Source: Candidatus Bathyarchaeota archaeon
GTDB taxonomy: Archaea; Thermoproteota; Bathyarchaeia; 40CM-2-53-6; RBG-13-38-9
Assembly (NCBI GenBank): GCA_018396915.1
Contig: JAGTRD010000002.1
Span: 48,706 to 112,705, forward strand
Direction: 5' to 3'
DNA: 64,000 nt
In this document: positions 29,951 through 40,179 of the stretch, in pieces
Layout: every line of letters begins with the position of its first letter
How positions within the stretch are numbered: the stretch's first letter is position 1
Program-made: the position numbers and the translations under genes
Notes under the pieces: model-generated
What the model saw: the letters and a program-made list of their open reading frames with translations, nothing else
The model's database searches: none
Told to the model about the DNA's origin: nothing

Positions 29951-30583
29951 CTATAACTTTTTCAACATCCAGAAAGCAAATTTTTCTAAGGCAATACGTC
30001 TGTGGGATACTATCTGCTTTTCATCGAATCCCATCTCAGCGTAGGTTTGATTCTTACACTCAGGTATAAAGATAGGGTCAAAACCCCACTTCTGCCCTCT
30101 AATCCTTGAAGATATGGCTCCTCTTACAACTCCTGTAAATATATGGATATTCTTAGGAGAGTCGATGTAAACTACTACCGACTCGAATCGAGCAGATCTC
30201 CGCGATGTGCCTTCCATAAGTTTAAGAATACCATTATTTCCAATCGTCTCATAAACGTAGGAAGAGTATGGACCTGGGAATCCGCCAAGAGCATCGATAA
30301 AGAGGCCTGAGTCCTCAATAAAGAGTGGATTACGTATCTTCTCGTATAGATATCGAGCACTCTCTGAAGCAATTACCCTGAGAGACTCAGCCTGTATCTC
30401 AGGATATTTTAGATTCAAATGTTTAAAGACTATTCCGAACTTTCCCAATATACTCTTGGCTTCATGAACCTTGTTCATATTTGATGTGACGAAAAGTAGT
30501 CTAGATCTTACTGAATTCCTGCAAGTGACTAGAACCGTCAATATTACACCTTTAAAGCTTCTTAATCTCCCTAAGCACTTCAA
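29951..30583 (-). CDS. Non-canonical purine NTP pyrophosphatase (Ham1/RdgB family)
   Basis: FVTSN.NK..E...., FIEDSGLFIDALGGFPGPYS; the N-terminal 35 aa are probably an artefact of an upstream start. Confidence 0.85.
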   Translation of the reverse strand: MKCLGRLRSFKGVILTVLVTCRNSVRSRLLFVTSNMNKVHEAKSILGKFGIVFKHLNLKYPEIQAESLRVIASESARYLYEKIRNPLFIEDSGLFIDALGGFPGPYSSYVYETIGNNGILKLMEGTSRRSARFESVVVYIDSPKNIHIFTGVVRGAISSRIRGQKWGFDPIFIPECKNQTYAEMGFDEKQIVSHRRIALEKFAFWMLKKL

Positions 30584-30705
30584 GCTTTAGATAAGATTAA
30601 AAAGTTATTATTTTGACCTGAATAGATTGAGTTTATGGCAAATGAATTCATCCCAGCAAAGTTATTTTATATAAGATCAGACACTTGTAACTAGGTGGTG
30701 AACCT

Positions 30706-30951
30706 ATGATCTCTGCGTGTATTCTTATAAGAACTGAAAGGGGCAGATTCGACGAGGTCGTTGAGAGAATGAAACAATTCAAAGAGACCAGAAGTGTCAT
30801 GGCGGTATTAGGTAGATACGACGTAGTTGTCGATGTGGAGGTTCCCAGTTATGAAACTTTAGGGAGTGTTGTGATGAAAATGGGTAGAATTGGAGGAGTA
30901 GTCTTCACTGAGACTTTACCAGAGATCAGGATGGAGGATCAGTTATGTTGA
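30706..30951 (+). CDS. Stand-alone RAM (Lrp/AsnC C-terminal ligand-binding) domain protein 1
   Basis: 81 aa, ISACILIRTERGRFDEVVERMKQFKETRSVMAVLGRYDVVVDVEV; no HTH. Confidence 0.7.
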   Translation: MISACILIRTERGRFDEVVERMKQFKETRSVMAVLGRYDVVVDVEVPSYETLGSVVMKMGRIGGVVFTETLPEIRMEDQLC

Positions 30952-31169
30952 ATGCGTGTGTATTGATAAAGACCATACCTACAAGAATAGAAGAGACCTT
31001 GACCGAAGTTAAAAAGTTCAAGCAGGTTAAGAAAGCTTATATGGTCTTCGGTCGGTGGGACATAGTTGCCTTCATGGAAGTTTCAGAGTATAAGGAGTTA
31101 AAGGACATTACAAGCGAAATAAACCGCATTAAAGGTGTCAGGAGTACCGAAACTTTAGCGAGTACCTAG
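30945..31169 (+). CDS. Stand-alone RAM domain protein 2
   Basis: 74 aa, LNACVLIKTIPTRIEETLTEVKKFKQVKKAYMVFGRWDIVAFMEV; overlaps the previous gene by 7 nt. Confidence 0.7.
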   Translation: MLNACVLIKTIPTRIEETLTEVKKFKQVKKAYMVFGRWDIVAFMEVSEYKELKDITSEINRIKGVRSTETLAST

Positions 31170-31196
31170 GTGTACCCAGGGGTTGCCAGAAAATAC

Positions 31197-32249
31197 TTAT
31201 GGTATCACCTTAGATTCCCTCGCAACTCTTTCTGCCTGAGTTGCTGTCAAGCCCTTATCCCCAAATATTGTATATCTATCAGGTCTGATCTTATGAACCA
31301 TAGTCAAGGCTTCAATTATGTATCTTGGCTTGATGCCAAGTTCAGCCGCTGTGGATGGAGCGCCGACCTTCGTCAGGACAGCCCTTAAAAGTTTCCAGTT
31401 GGCACCTTGCAGATATGCACTTATTATCGCCCCTACACCGCACTGCTCACCGTGAAGAGCTGGTTTTGGAGCGACCATGCTCAAGGCATGGCTGAACATG
31501 TGCTCGGAGCCACTACATGGCCTGCTACTTCCAGCGATACTTATGGCTACACCGCAACTTATTAGAGCTTCAACGACGGTCTTTACAGCATCCCCACTCA
31601 ACCTCCTTATTGCAGAAGCATTTCTCATAATTAGTCTTGAACTCATCAGCGCAAGTTCAGCAGCATAGTCTCCATAATACTCTCCCTTAACCTTATGGGC
31701 CAATCTCCAATCTCTGACAGCTGTGTATTTAGCTAAAATATCACCGCATCCACTGGCTATGAATCTGTAAGGTGAACTTGAGATTACAGATATGTCGGCG
31801 AATATAGCAATCGGAGCGTGACATCTAATTGAGTAGGGTTTGCCGAGTCCTTTAATAGACGCTTGAGGACTGGCTATTCCATCATGAGAGGCGGTAGTAG
31901 GAAAACTGATGAATGGCACACCTTTATTAGCAGAGGAAAGTTTTGCGATGTCGATATCCCTTCCACCACCTAAACCTATTACAAATGAAGGTGACTCTTC
32001 ACAAATTCTCTCTTCAGCTCTTTTAACCCAGAATATTGTAGAGTCTTCGACTACGAGATAACATACATCGAATGATGCCCCATGAAGCACTGGGCCTACC
32101 TTGCTTTTAGCGAATGATATCATCCTAGGACCGGTTATAATCAAGACTTTACCTTTTAATCCAAGTTTCTTACATAAATCTCCAAATGCGCCTATTATAT
32201 CGCTACCTACAATTACCTCTCGTGGCAATTGCATGTGATGAAGACGCAA
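31197..32249 (-). CDS. egsA: sn-glycerol-1-phosphate dehydrogenase (archaeal lipid backbone)
   Basis: 350 aa iron-containing ADH/DHQS-like fold, GLGGGRDIDIAK..HDGIASP. Confidence 0.85.
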   Translation of the reverse strand: MRLHHMQLPREVIVGSDIIGAFGDLCKKLGLKGKVLIITGPRMISFAKSKVGPVLHGASFDVCYLVVEDSTIFWVKRAEERICEESPSFVIGLGGGRDIDIAKLSSANKGVPFISFPTTASHDGIASPQASIKGLGKPYSIRCHAPIAIFADISVISSSPYRFIASGCGDILAKYTAVRDWRLAHKVKGEYYGDYAAELALMSSRLIMRNASAIRRLSGDAVKTVVEALISCGVAISIAGSSRPCSGSEHMFSHALSMVAPKPALHGEQCGVGAIISAYLQGANWKLLRAVLTKVGAPSTAAELGIKPRYIIEALTMVHKIRPDRYTIFGDKGLTATQAERVARESKVIP

Positions 32250-32261
32250 TTCATCAACCTC

Positions 32262-34073
32262 TCAACTAAGTAAGAATGCGCCAATCAAATTAGAGGTAAA
32301 GAGGATAGCCACTATGTATCTTGCTACAAGTTTGGAGACGCTGTACATAAAATCGGTAAGTTGCTCAAGAGATTTAGATCCTAAACTTTTAACTTCCACG
32401 GTCTCAGTAGCAGATGAAACTTCGACTCTCTCAAGATTTTCCTTAGCCTCTTTAACAGTATTACTGACGATTCTTAAAAATATATCTTGGTCTAAAGCTT
32501 CTCCGATGGGATGATAGCCTAGTCTAGCGGGAACCAGACCGTTCACAACGTGGGTGTCAGTAGTCATAATCTCTCCATCGTCAATTCCAATGTTTTTTAA
32601 TGATGAAAGAATCTTCTCTCTTAAACCTGATATCATATTGTTACCATCTAATATAACATATGCCGAAAGTTTGTTTGAAACTTTAAATACGAATGCGCTT
32701 ATTCCTCCTGGCCCACAGCCATGTTCAGGTCCATATCCCCAAAACCCATTTTTTGCGACACCCATCTCGAAGGGGGAGGTGTCTATATGGGACAATGTCT
32801 CAATCGCTTGAATTGAAGCCATCCTGAGATCTTCTATCTCTTTATCTGTGTAATCCTTTACATTATTGATGCAATTATGAGAATCTACGATTGCAGCATG
32901 CTTAAATTTCATTCTTGCGAGTCGATGCACCTCCTCACCTAGGCTGGACGGAATATCCTCCATATCATTGGGCGACTGAGTCAATGTGAGCATAATGGAG
33001 TCTCCAAATATTTGAGCACCAACCTTGGCCGAACCTACTGTAAATCTTCGGAAGGCAGATGCCTTATCATAATAATTCGTAACTCTCAGAAGATTTTTGA
33101 TGGTTGATAAAACCTTTTCATTCTGAGATTTTGATACGAGGTTATGTTCATGTCCTGAGACGCCATGTGGAACAGCTACTACTAATCCTCCATCCTTCTC
33201 AAGAGAATTCTTTATCATATATGGAAGGGCGCTACTCCCTACATTTAAAAAAGGCCCGGGGTGAAAGTTACCCACTATAAGCAAACCTTTCAGTTGACCC
33301 GACCCCTTAGACCTAAATTGAAGGGTGGTCAAATTCACCTTGTCATCTATTCCCATACCTTCTAGATATCTCTCAAACATTTCGTTATCACCGTTGAGCC
33401 AGTCTACAAGGAAGGCTCTGAATATTTGAAGGGGTGAGACTCCTATCGAACATTTTCCTCTAGATTCTATGAGTTTAAGTAACAGAATAGTAGGTAAAAG
33501 AGATGTGACTGTTACAGGAATCAATATTATAAAGAGGGGTGTTCTAGGGGTTAGAAATAAGGTCGACAGCAATGTCGACACTACGGGTTGCAGGAATATA
33601 TATAGTATCTTGTTAAAGATCCCTTTTGAGGACATAGATAGGATGGCGAGGGCCCTAATTGGAACGACTGTGAACAGAGCAAAATAGAAAGGTTGTTCAG
33701 GAAAGATTATATTTGTTAGATAGTTCTTTAGGAGTCCTCCTATACTCAAAATAAGAATCCAGAGAATGCAAGAGAAGAGGGATAAGGCAAGGCATCTTCG
33801 GAGATAAAAAAGTGAATCGTATCTTAGCAATATGTATGCAGAGAACAAGTCTGCTAAGATTGATGGAAGGAAAAAGATCGTTAGACCGAATAACCCTCCA
33901 TAAAGTGCTGTGTTAATGTTCATACTTAAGAAAGCGAAAGCTAATGCTGGTCCTACAACGGTAAAGGTGAAAAGCAGAATAATTATTCTTAGCGTCGAGG
34001 GAAATGCAACAGCCCTGACGAGCCTATAATACGGGAGCATCTTGACTGAAAAAAGGCGACTTCGGCCAACCAA
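32262..34073 (-). CDS. Polytopic membrane protein, DUF2070-like (N-terminal multi-TM region plus soluble C-terminal domain)
   Basis: 603 aa; long hydrophobic N-terminus, FHPGPF motif; family call from memory, unverified. Confidence 0.4.
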   Translation of the reverse strand: MVGRSRLFSVKMLPYYRLVRAVAFPSTLRIIILLFTFTVVGPALAFAFLSMNINTALYGGLFGLTIFFLPSILADLFSAYILLRYDSLFYLRRCLALSLFSCILWILILSIGGLLKNYLTNIIFPEQPFYFALFTVVPIRALAILSMSSKGIFNKILYIFLQPVVSTLLSTLFLTPRTPLFIILIPVTVTSLLPTILLLKLIESRGKCSIGVSPLQIFRAFLVDWLNGDNEMFERYLEGMGIDDKVNLTTLQFRSKGSGQLKGLLIVGNFHPGPFLNVGSSALPYMIKNSLEKDGGLVVAVPHGVSGHEHNLVSKSQNEKVLSTIKNLLRVTNYYDKASAFRRFTVGSAKVGAQIFGDSIMLTLTQSPNDMEDIPSSLGEEVHRLARMKFKHAAIVDSHNCINNVKDYTDKEIEDLRMASIQAIETLSHIDTSPFEMGVAKNGFWGYGPEHGCGPGGISAFVFKVSNKLSAYVILDGNNMISGLREKILSSLKNIGIDDGEIMTTDTHVVNGLVPARLGYHPIGEALDQDIFLRIVSNTVKEAKENLERVEVSSATETVEVKSLGSKSLEQLTDFMYSVSKLVARYIVAILFTSNLIGAFLLS

Positions 34074-34088
34074 TTTAAAACCTCAAAT

Positions 34089-34853
34089 TCAATATTTTTT
34101 ACGGATACTCATGATAAGCCTTTCAGCGTTTTCTATAGTAGAATGTTCTATCACCGTACCGGTGACGATAGCATCCGCGCCTGCTTTGACAGCCTCCGAA
34201 GCCTGTTCAGGCGTCCTTATTCCTCCACCTACAATAAGTTTCACATCAATTGATTTCCTTACGCTCGATATCATTTCTGGAGGGACAGGCTTCATGGAAC
34301 CTGAGCCTGCCTCCAGATATACAAAACGCATCCCTAAGTATTGGGCTGCAAGGGCATACATGGATGCCAGCTCAGGCTTATCGACAGGTAATGGGATGGC
34401 TTGCCCTACAAATCCTGCAGCACCTGGTGTTGAACCAACTATTATATATCCCATAGGCAAGACTTCTAAGCCATAACGCTTAACCAAAGGTGCTCCTAAA
34501 GCTTGCGCTCCTGTAATATAGTAGGGGTTCATAGAGTTCATGAGAGTGGAAAAGAAAATTGCGTCGGCATACTGACTAATCCCAGCTACCCCGTTTGGAA
34601 ACAGAATTATCGGAATCGCCACTCTCCTTTTGATGCCCTTGATAACTTCATCTAATTCATGGGGGGAAACTACTGTGCTTCCGCCGACCATGATAGCCGA
34701 CGAGCCTAATTTCTGAAGTTTATAGGCAATTTCACCTGCTCTCTCAGGTGTCACATTCTCAGGGTCGATCAGAGATAGGTGAATTGCCCCATCTCGGGAA
34801 ATAGCATCCTCGATATGTTTCTCTACTCTACCCACCATTGAAACTTCCTCCAC
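34089..34853 (-). CDS. Geranylgeranylglyceryl phosphate synthase (PcrB family)
   Basis: 254 aa TIM barrel, LIVGGGIRTPEQA. Confidence 0.88.
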   Translation of the reverse strand: MEEVSMVGRVEKHIEDAISRDGAIHLSLIDPENVTPERAGEIAYKLQKLGSSAIMVGGSTVVSPHELDEVIKGIKRRVAIPIILFPNGVAGISQYADAIFFSTLMNSMNPYYITGAQALGAPLVKRYGLEVLPMGYIIVGSTPGAAGFVGQAIPLPVDKPELASMYALAAQYLGMRFVYLEAGSGSMKPVPPEMISSVRKSIDVKLIVGGGIRTPEQASEAVKAGADAIVTGTVIEHSTIENAERLIMSIRKKY

Positions 34854-34994
34854 ATTTCCTTATATGGATGAACGTATGAATGCAAAATTTGCACTCACTC
34901 ACTTTCTTTCCTCTAAGCTATTTGAACATAGATCATTCTTATAGATTTCACCTATAATATGTTAGTCGAATACACATCAGTGGTGAACATTTGA

Positions 34995-35837
34995 GTGTTT
35001 ATGAAAGTCTCTTCCATCGTCAAAATGTTCAGGCCTATCAACTGCCTAATGATGGGGGCAGCGGTTGTCATCGGAGAGATCATAGCACTTGGCGGCCTTC
35101 CTGAGTTTTATGAAGCCTTTCTAGGAGCTTCGACAGCAATATTTCTTATGGCAGGTACTATGGCTATAAACGATTATTATGACTTGGAGATAGATAGAAT
35201 AAATCGTCCGGAAAAGCCTCTGCCTTCAGGAGTTATCAAGCCTCCTCACGCAATCATTTTGGGGTTCATTGCATGTGGCTTAGGTTTGGTTGCAGCAGCT
35301 TCACTTAATGCTAGCAGCCTCTTAATTGCGTTACTTGCACTATCCCTGATGTTATACTATAATACTCGAGGTAAGAGAACAGGCCTGCTGGGGAACGTTA
35401 TCGTCAGTATATGTATAGGCCTTCCGTTCATATATGGCGGATCAGCTGTTGGAAAGGTCACATTCACTTTACTACTATTCTCATTGATCTCGTTTACGGC
35501 AAATCTGGGCAGGGAGGTCACAAAGGGAATAGTCGATGTAGAGGGAGATCGTGTGGGTGGGGTAAAGACTGTAGCTGTGCAGTATGGCCCAAAGTTTGCC
35601 TCGAAAATTGCATCCACGTTCTACTTAACAGCAGTTATTTTAAGCTTTGTGCCTCTATTTTTTGGATTGGTCGGAAGAAGATACATTCCCCTAGTGCTGG
35701 TATCAGACATAGGATTCATAGTCTCAACGTTTTCATTGCTCCGTAGATATTCTCGTGAAGACGCTGAAAGGATTAAAAATATGGTTCTCATATGGATGTC
35801 TCTGGGCCTCCTAGCTTTTCTCGCTGGAAGTTTGTAA
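34995..35837 (+). CDS. UbiA-family prenyltransferase, probable digeranylgeranylglyceryl phosphate synthase
   Basis: 280 aa, NDYYDLEIDRINRPEKPLPSG Asp-rich motif; divergent from the GGGPS gene. Confidence 0.8.
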   Translation: MFMKVSSIVKMFRPINCLMMGAAVVIGEIIALGGLPEFYEAFLGASTAIFLMAGTMAINDYYDLEIDRINRPEKPLPSGVIKPPHAIILGFIACGLGLVAAASLNASSLLIALLALSLMLYYNTRGKRTGLLGNVIVSICIGLPFIYGGSAVGKVTFTLLLFSLISFTANLGREVTKGIVDVEGDRVGGVKTVAVQYGPKFASKIASTFYLTAVILSFVPLFFGLVGRRYIPLVLVSDIGFIVSTFSLLRRYSREDAERIKNMVLIWMSLGLLAFLAGSL

Positions 35838-35842
35838 TGGAA

Positions 35843-37126
35843 TTATTGGCCCCTCTTCAGTTCCTCAAGAAGTTCTTTTGCCCTATCCATCCTGACCCTA
35901 TGTTCCTTTACCATTATATCAGCGATCTTATCAACCATCTCTCCAGTGGCACCAGCCATCAATGCGATGTTTCTAGCATGCAGGGTCATGTGACCCCTCT
36001 GTATACCTTCAGTCGCAAGTGCCCTTAGAGCTGCCAAGTTTTGAGCAAGACCAACAGCAGCAATGATCTGAGCAAGCTCAGAGGCTGACTTCACCCCAAG
36101 GATCTTTATAGCTATCTTCGCTACTGGATGGGTTGCGGTAGCACCTCCGATAAGACCGACCGCCATGGGAACTTCTATAGTTCCAACCAAATCTCCATCA
36201 CGGTTCTTCTCCCATGTTGTAAGTGGTCTGTAACCACCATGAAGAGCTGCATAACTGTGTGCACCCGCCTCAACAGCCCGTGTATCATTACCCGTTGCCA
36301 ACACTACAGCCGTGATTCCATTCATTATTCCTTTATTGTGAGTTGCACATCTGTAAGGGTCTGCAAGTGCAAATGCATATGCGTTAATTATTCCTTCAAC
36401 AACTTCTTCTCCACCAAGCGCTGCTTTTGAGAAAGTAGCTTTTGCACGTGCAAGTCTCTCAGTAGCCAGATTCGATATGATTCGCAAACATACTTTGCCT
36501 CCTGATATTCTTTCAACTATCGGCGCAACAGCCTCAGCCATGGTGTTCACGGCATTTGCACCCATAGCGTCTCTGCAATCCACCAAGAGTTCAAGTATAA
36601 CCATGCTGCCAACTATTGTATTAAGTACTTTGCAACGAATATCTTTAGCTCCTCCTCCTTTAGAGACCAGTATGGGGTCTTGCTCATTCGCCTTTTGGAG
36701 AATTTCATCCTTAGCGGAGAGCAGAGACATTCTTGCTCTATAAGGATCTGGAACCTTCAGAATTTGTATCTGCCCAATCATTACCGGTTGGGTACTGCTG
36801 GTGGTGAATCCACCCTTCTCCCTTGCCATCTTTGCAGCATTGCTCGCAGCAGCGACAACAGATGGCTCCTCTATCGCCATAGGGATCAGGTAGTCCCTCC
36901 CATTTATGAGAAAGTTTGTAGCTATTCCGAGGGTCACAGGCATTACGCCTACAACGTTCTCTATCATCCTGTTTGCAAGGTTTATATCTAATGAACCTGT
37001 CGATCTCAGAATATTTACTTCTTCATCAGTAAGGGATGCAAAATCCTTAAGAATCCTAAGACGTTCATCTGGCGTCAGATTGTAGAAGCCTGAAATCTGG
37101 GAAGTCTTATACATAATTTTCTCCAC
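35843..37126 (-). CDS. hmgA: HMG-CoA reductase (class I)
   Basis: 427 aa, ENVVGVMPVTLGIATNFLING..DAMGAN. Confidence 0.9.
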   Translation of the reverse strand: MEKIMYKTSQISGFYNLTPDERLRILKDFASLTDEEVNILRSTGSLDINLANRMIENVVGVMPVTLGIATNFLINGRDYLIPMAIEEPSVVAAASNAAKMAREKGGFTTSSTQPVMIGQIQILKVPDPYRARMSLLSAKDEILQKANEQDPILVSKGGGAKDIRCKVLNTIVGSMVILELLVDCRDAMGANAVNTMAEAVAPIVERISGGKVCLRIISNLATERLARAKATFSKAALGGEEVVEGIINAYAFALADPYRCATHNKGIMNGITAVVLATGNDTRAVEAGAHSYAALHGGYRPLTTWEKNRDGDLVGTIEVPMAVGLIGGATATHPVAKIAIKILGVKSASELAQIIAAVGLAQNLAALRALATEGIQRGHMTLHARNIALMAGATGEMVDKIADIMVKEHRVRMDRAKELLEELKRGQ

Positions 37127-37173
37127 CTTTACAGTTAATCATCATGTATTTAAACAATGGTCAAAAAAGAGTT

Positions 37174-38268
37174 TCATGAGGATCTCCTCGCGTACTCATA
37201 AGTGTTGTAGCCCCGCTCATTTAGCCAATGGGCTGTAAAACCAGAGATTATTAATGGAACCCTCTTAAGTTCATCCAAGTTTCTTGCGCCTACGAGAAAC
37301 ATTGCTGTCTTTAATTCCTCAATTAAAGTTTTGATTGTTTCGTTGAGAAATTTCTCTCCTCTAACTGCTGCCTTGAGTAGGGGCAGGGCGATACCCCCTG
37401 CAGTTGCGCCTATCGATATGGATTTTGCTACATCAATGCCGTTTCTTACACCTCCGGAGGATATGACGGTTAACCTAGTTGATCTTACAGCCTCGATGAT
37501 GCTGACGCACGTTGGAATACCCCAATCTCTGAAGGTTATTCCTAGAACCTGTTGAAGCTTAGCACCCATCTTCTTTGCTCTGAAATACTCGACAGCAGCC
37601 CAGCTTGTGCCACCTGCGCCAGCAACATCGATCCCTTTGGCGCCAGCGCTCTCAATTCTTGACGCTACCTCACTTGATATTCCGCAGCCGGTCTCCTTGA
37701 TTATCACTGGAATGTCTAATTTAGAAGTCAACTCTCTTATCTTTGAAAGCAGTCCCCTAAAGTTTGGTTCCCCCTCTGGCTGAATCGATTCCTGGAGTGG
37801 ATTTGCGTGTAACATAAGAGCGTCTGCATCAACCATCTCCACTGCTGCTTTAGCCTCTTCTATTCCATATCCCTCGGCGAATTGTGGACATCCAAGATTT
37901 GCAAAAATGAACGCGTTTGGGGCCATATCTCTTACTATACGATAAGTCTTGGCTAATTTTGGATTTTCAATAGCAGCCCTTTGACTTCCAACGCCAATAG
38001 CTAAACCAAACTGCTCCGCACACTTTCCAAGAATCTTATTTATCTTAGTAGCTTCATCCAATCCTCCTGTCATAGGTTCTAATATTATTGGAGCCTGCAG
38101 GGTGTGCCCAAAAAAATTTAGTGAAGTGTCTATATCGGAGCGTGAAATCTCAGGGAGAGCATTATGGAGTAGTGTAATATCGCCAAACCCAGGCTTAATT
38201 TCATGCTCTACATTTTCCTTCAATGTTATGTTTATGTGCCCTTTTTTCCTTTTGTCTATTCTGGACAT
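37174..38268 (-). CDS. fni: Isopentenyl-diphosphate delta-isomerase type 2 (FMN-dependent)
   Basis: 364 aa TIM barrel, IIKETGCGIS, GAGGTSWA. Confidence 0.9.
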   Translation of the reverse strand: MSRIDKRKKGHINITLKENVEHEIKPGFGDITLLHNALPEISRSDIDTSLNFFGHTLQAPIILEPMTGGLDEATKINKILGKCAEQFGLAIGVGSQRAAIENPKLAKTYRIVRDMAPNAFIFANLGCPQFAEGYGIEEAKAAVEMVDADALMLHANPLQESIQPEGEPNFRGLLSKIRELTSKLDIPVIIKETGCGISSEVASRIESAGAKGIDVAGAGGTSWAAVEYFRAKKMGAKLQQVLGITFRDWGIPTCVSIIEAVRSTRLTVISSGGVRNGIDVAKSISIGATAGGIALPLLKAAVRGEKFLNETIKTLIEELKTAMFLVGARNLDELKRVPLIISGFTAHWLNERGYNTYEYARRSS

Positions 38269-38325
38269 TTACATTTACACTCTCAGCTCATCTTTCCTTA
38301 GTTCATTGTTAGACCGCTTCTTTCA

Positions 38326-39306
38326 TCACCGGTCTAAATCCGAATGTTTTGCGCCATATTCATCTATTAATACTTGGTATGGCTGCCCTCCGGCATCCAT
38401 TATTGCTTTCATGATGCGATCCTTATATTCCGGAGTTGATAAAGCTATGATGCAACCGCCACCTCCGGCTCCTGTAAGTTTTGCTCCAAGAGCGCCTGCT
38501 CTCCTTGAAGCTTCAGCTAACTTATTGAGCATAGGTGTAGATACACCGATCCTTACCAACAATTCATGGTTCTTATCCATCAATCTTCCAAGCTCTTTGA
38601 AGTCTTCTCGTTCATATGCTTCAGCTGCTTGAAGAGTTATTCTTCCAACTTCCTCGCTAACCATTTCAAATTCATCTTCTCCAAAGTGTTTACTAACTTC
38701 GGTTACTAGGTCTCCTGTAGTTCTAGTCGAACCTGTGTTACCAACTATGAAGCATATGTTCCGTTTGGGTGAAAGTCGTATAGGTGGGTGGCCAATCCTA
38801 AACAATATGACACCGCCATACACAATTGTTGTAGGGTCGATACCTGAGGGATGTTTATGAATAAGCCTCTCTTGAATCATGGCTACTTCACAGATTTCTT
38901 CTGTAGTAAGGTTCAGATTTAGGAATCTCGCCAAAGCAACTATAGACGATACTGCTGTGGATGCTGATGAACCTAAACCAACACCGATTGGTATCTGTGA
39001 CATGATCTTCAAATGGAGTCCAACATTTCTTATCTTTGCTCTGTTCAAGATCTCATTTATGAGGAGTCGAAATGGTTCAATGATTTTTTGGGCATTAGGA
39101 ATCGGTGTCTCGACACCCTCGTCCGTTGGTTGAAAAGTCGCTTCTACGCCAAGGTTTAGAGCTGAGATTTTAATTGTGTCTGTCAATGCAGGTATTACGG
39201 AACTTTTAGAGTATAGGTTAATTGCGGCTGCTAGGGCAGGTTGACCGTGAACGACAAAGTGCTCTCCTGTGATTATTACTTTTGCAGGGGCGCGTGCAGA
39301 CGCCAC
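38326..39306 (-). CDS. mvk: Mevalonate kinase (GHMP kinase family)
   Basis: 326 aa, PAKVIITGEHFVVHG, PIGVGLGSSAS. Confidence 0.8.
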   Translation of the reverse strand: MASARAPAKVIITGEHFVVHGQPALAAAINLYSKSSVIPALTDTIKISALNLGVEATFQPTDEGVETPIPNAQKIIEPFRLLINEILNRAKIRNVGLHLKIMSQIPIGVGLGSSASTAVSSIVALARFLNLNLTTEEICEVAMIQERLIHKHPSGIDPTTIVYGGVILFRIGHPPIRLSPKRNICFIVGNTGSTRTTGDLVTEVSKHFGEDEFEMVSEEVGRITLQAAEAYEREDFKELGRLMDKNHELLVRIGVSTPMLNKLAEASRRAGALGAKLTGAGGGGCIIALSTPEYKDRIMKAIMDAGGQPYQVLIDEYGAKHSDLDR

Positions 39307-39330
39307 TATGAGCCCGCCTAGAGTAGATGG

Positions 39331-40179
39331 TTATAGAGGAATGACCATAGAGGCATAGCCAACTACCGATTGATAGTCGCCTGAGATCTCACCACTCGTC
39401 CGATAGGAGAGTAGCTTGGCCTCGGTAGCTCCCCTCCTCTTTGAATAGACGACGGCTGATATGATGGGGCCGACGCCGCAGGCCGACACCATTTCAGATT
39501 CGACGGTATCTTCTATGAGCTGCTCGTCAAGTCGTTGGATTGCTTGGATAACCTTCATGTCTTTGAAAACTGCAACTTCATGAGGCTCGTAATGGGTCAT
39601 ATCTGATGAGGCTAATACTAGATGTGTAGGTTCATTGGCAACCTTAGAGATGGCCTCACCCAATTCCCTGCTCGTCTCTAGATCCTGCATCATCATGCAT
39701 ATTGGAACAAACCTGAAGTTGCTCCCATACAGATACTGGAGGAAAGGGAGTTGAACCTCGATGGAGTGCTCGTAAGTATGAGCCTCAACATCAACATCAA
39801 TTATCGAAGCATTCTCAAGGATCGAATTTGCAAGGTGAGAGTCAATCTTGACTTCACCTAGAGGGGTGACCCAGCCCCCTTCATTCATCAATGATACTCC
39901 ACTCCCTCTTCCAGTATGGTTAGGCCCTACGATAACTATCGTTCTGGGCCTTCCGTGTCTTGCAAGCTCTGAGTAGGCGGTTGCGGCTACTGGACCAGAA
40001 TATGCGTAGCCGGCGTGTGGACATATGAGTCCCACTATCCCCGACAGTTCCTTATCGACAACTTTCGGAATTTCTTTTGGTCCTAATCGATGTTTGAAAC
40101 AACCTTCTATCTCCCGCTTCAACTCCTCGGTTTTACCGGAGTAGAAAAAACCCGCCTGAGCGGGCTTACGAACTTTCAA
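39331..40179 (-). CDS. MEMO1-family protein (AmmeMemoRadiSam system protein B)
   Basis: 282 aa, QAGFFYSG..ICPHAGYAYSG motif. Confidence 0.75.
   Translation of the reverse strand: MKVRKPAQAGFFYSGKTEELKREIEGCFKHRLGPKEIPKVVDKELSGIVGLICPHAGYAYSGPVAATAYSELARHGRPRTIVIVGPNHTGRGSGVSLMNEGGWVTPLGEVKIDSHLANSILENASIIDVDVEAHTYEHSIEVQLPFLQYLYGSNFRFVPICMMMQDLETSRELGEAISKVANEPTHLVLASSDMTHYEPHEVAVFKDMKVIQAIQRLDEQLIEDTVESEMVSACGVGPIISAVVYSKRRGATEAKLLSYRTSGEISGDYQSVVGYASMVIPL

Noticed and set aside
29951-30583. Hydrophobic N-terminal 35-aa extension on Ham1, considered as a possible signal peptide
   Set aside because: Ham1/ITPase proteins are cytosolic and start near the FVTSN motif. The extension is most likely an over-called start.
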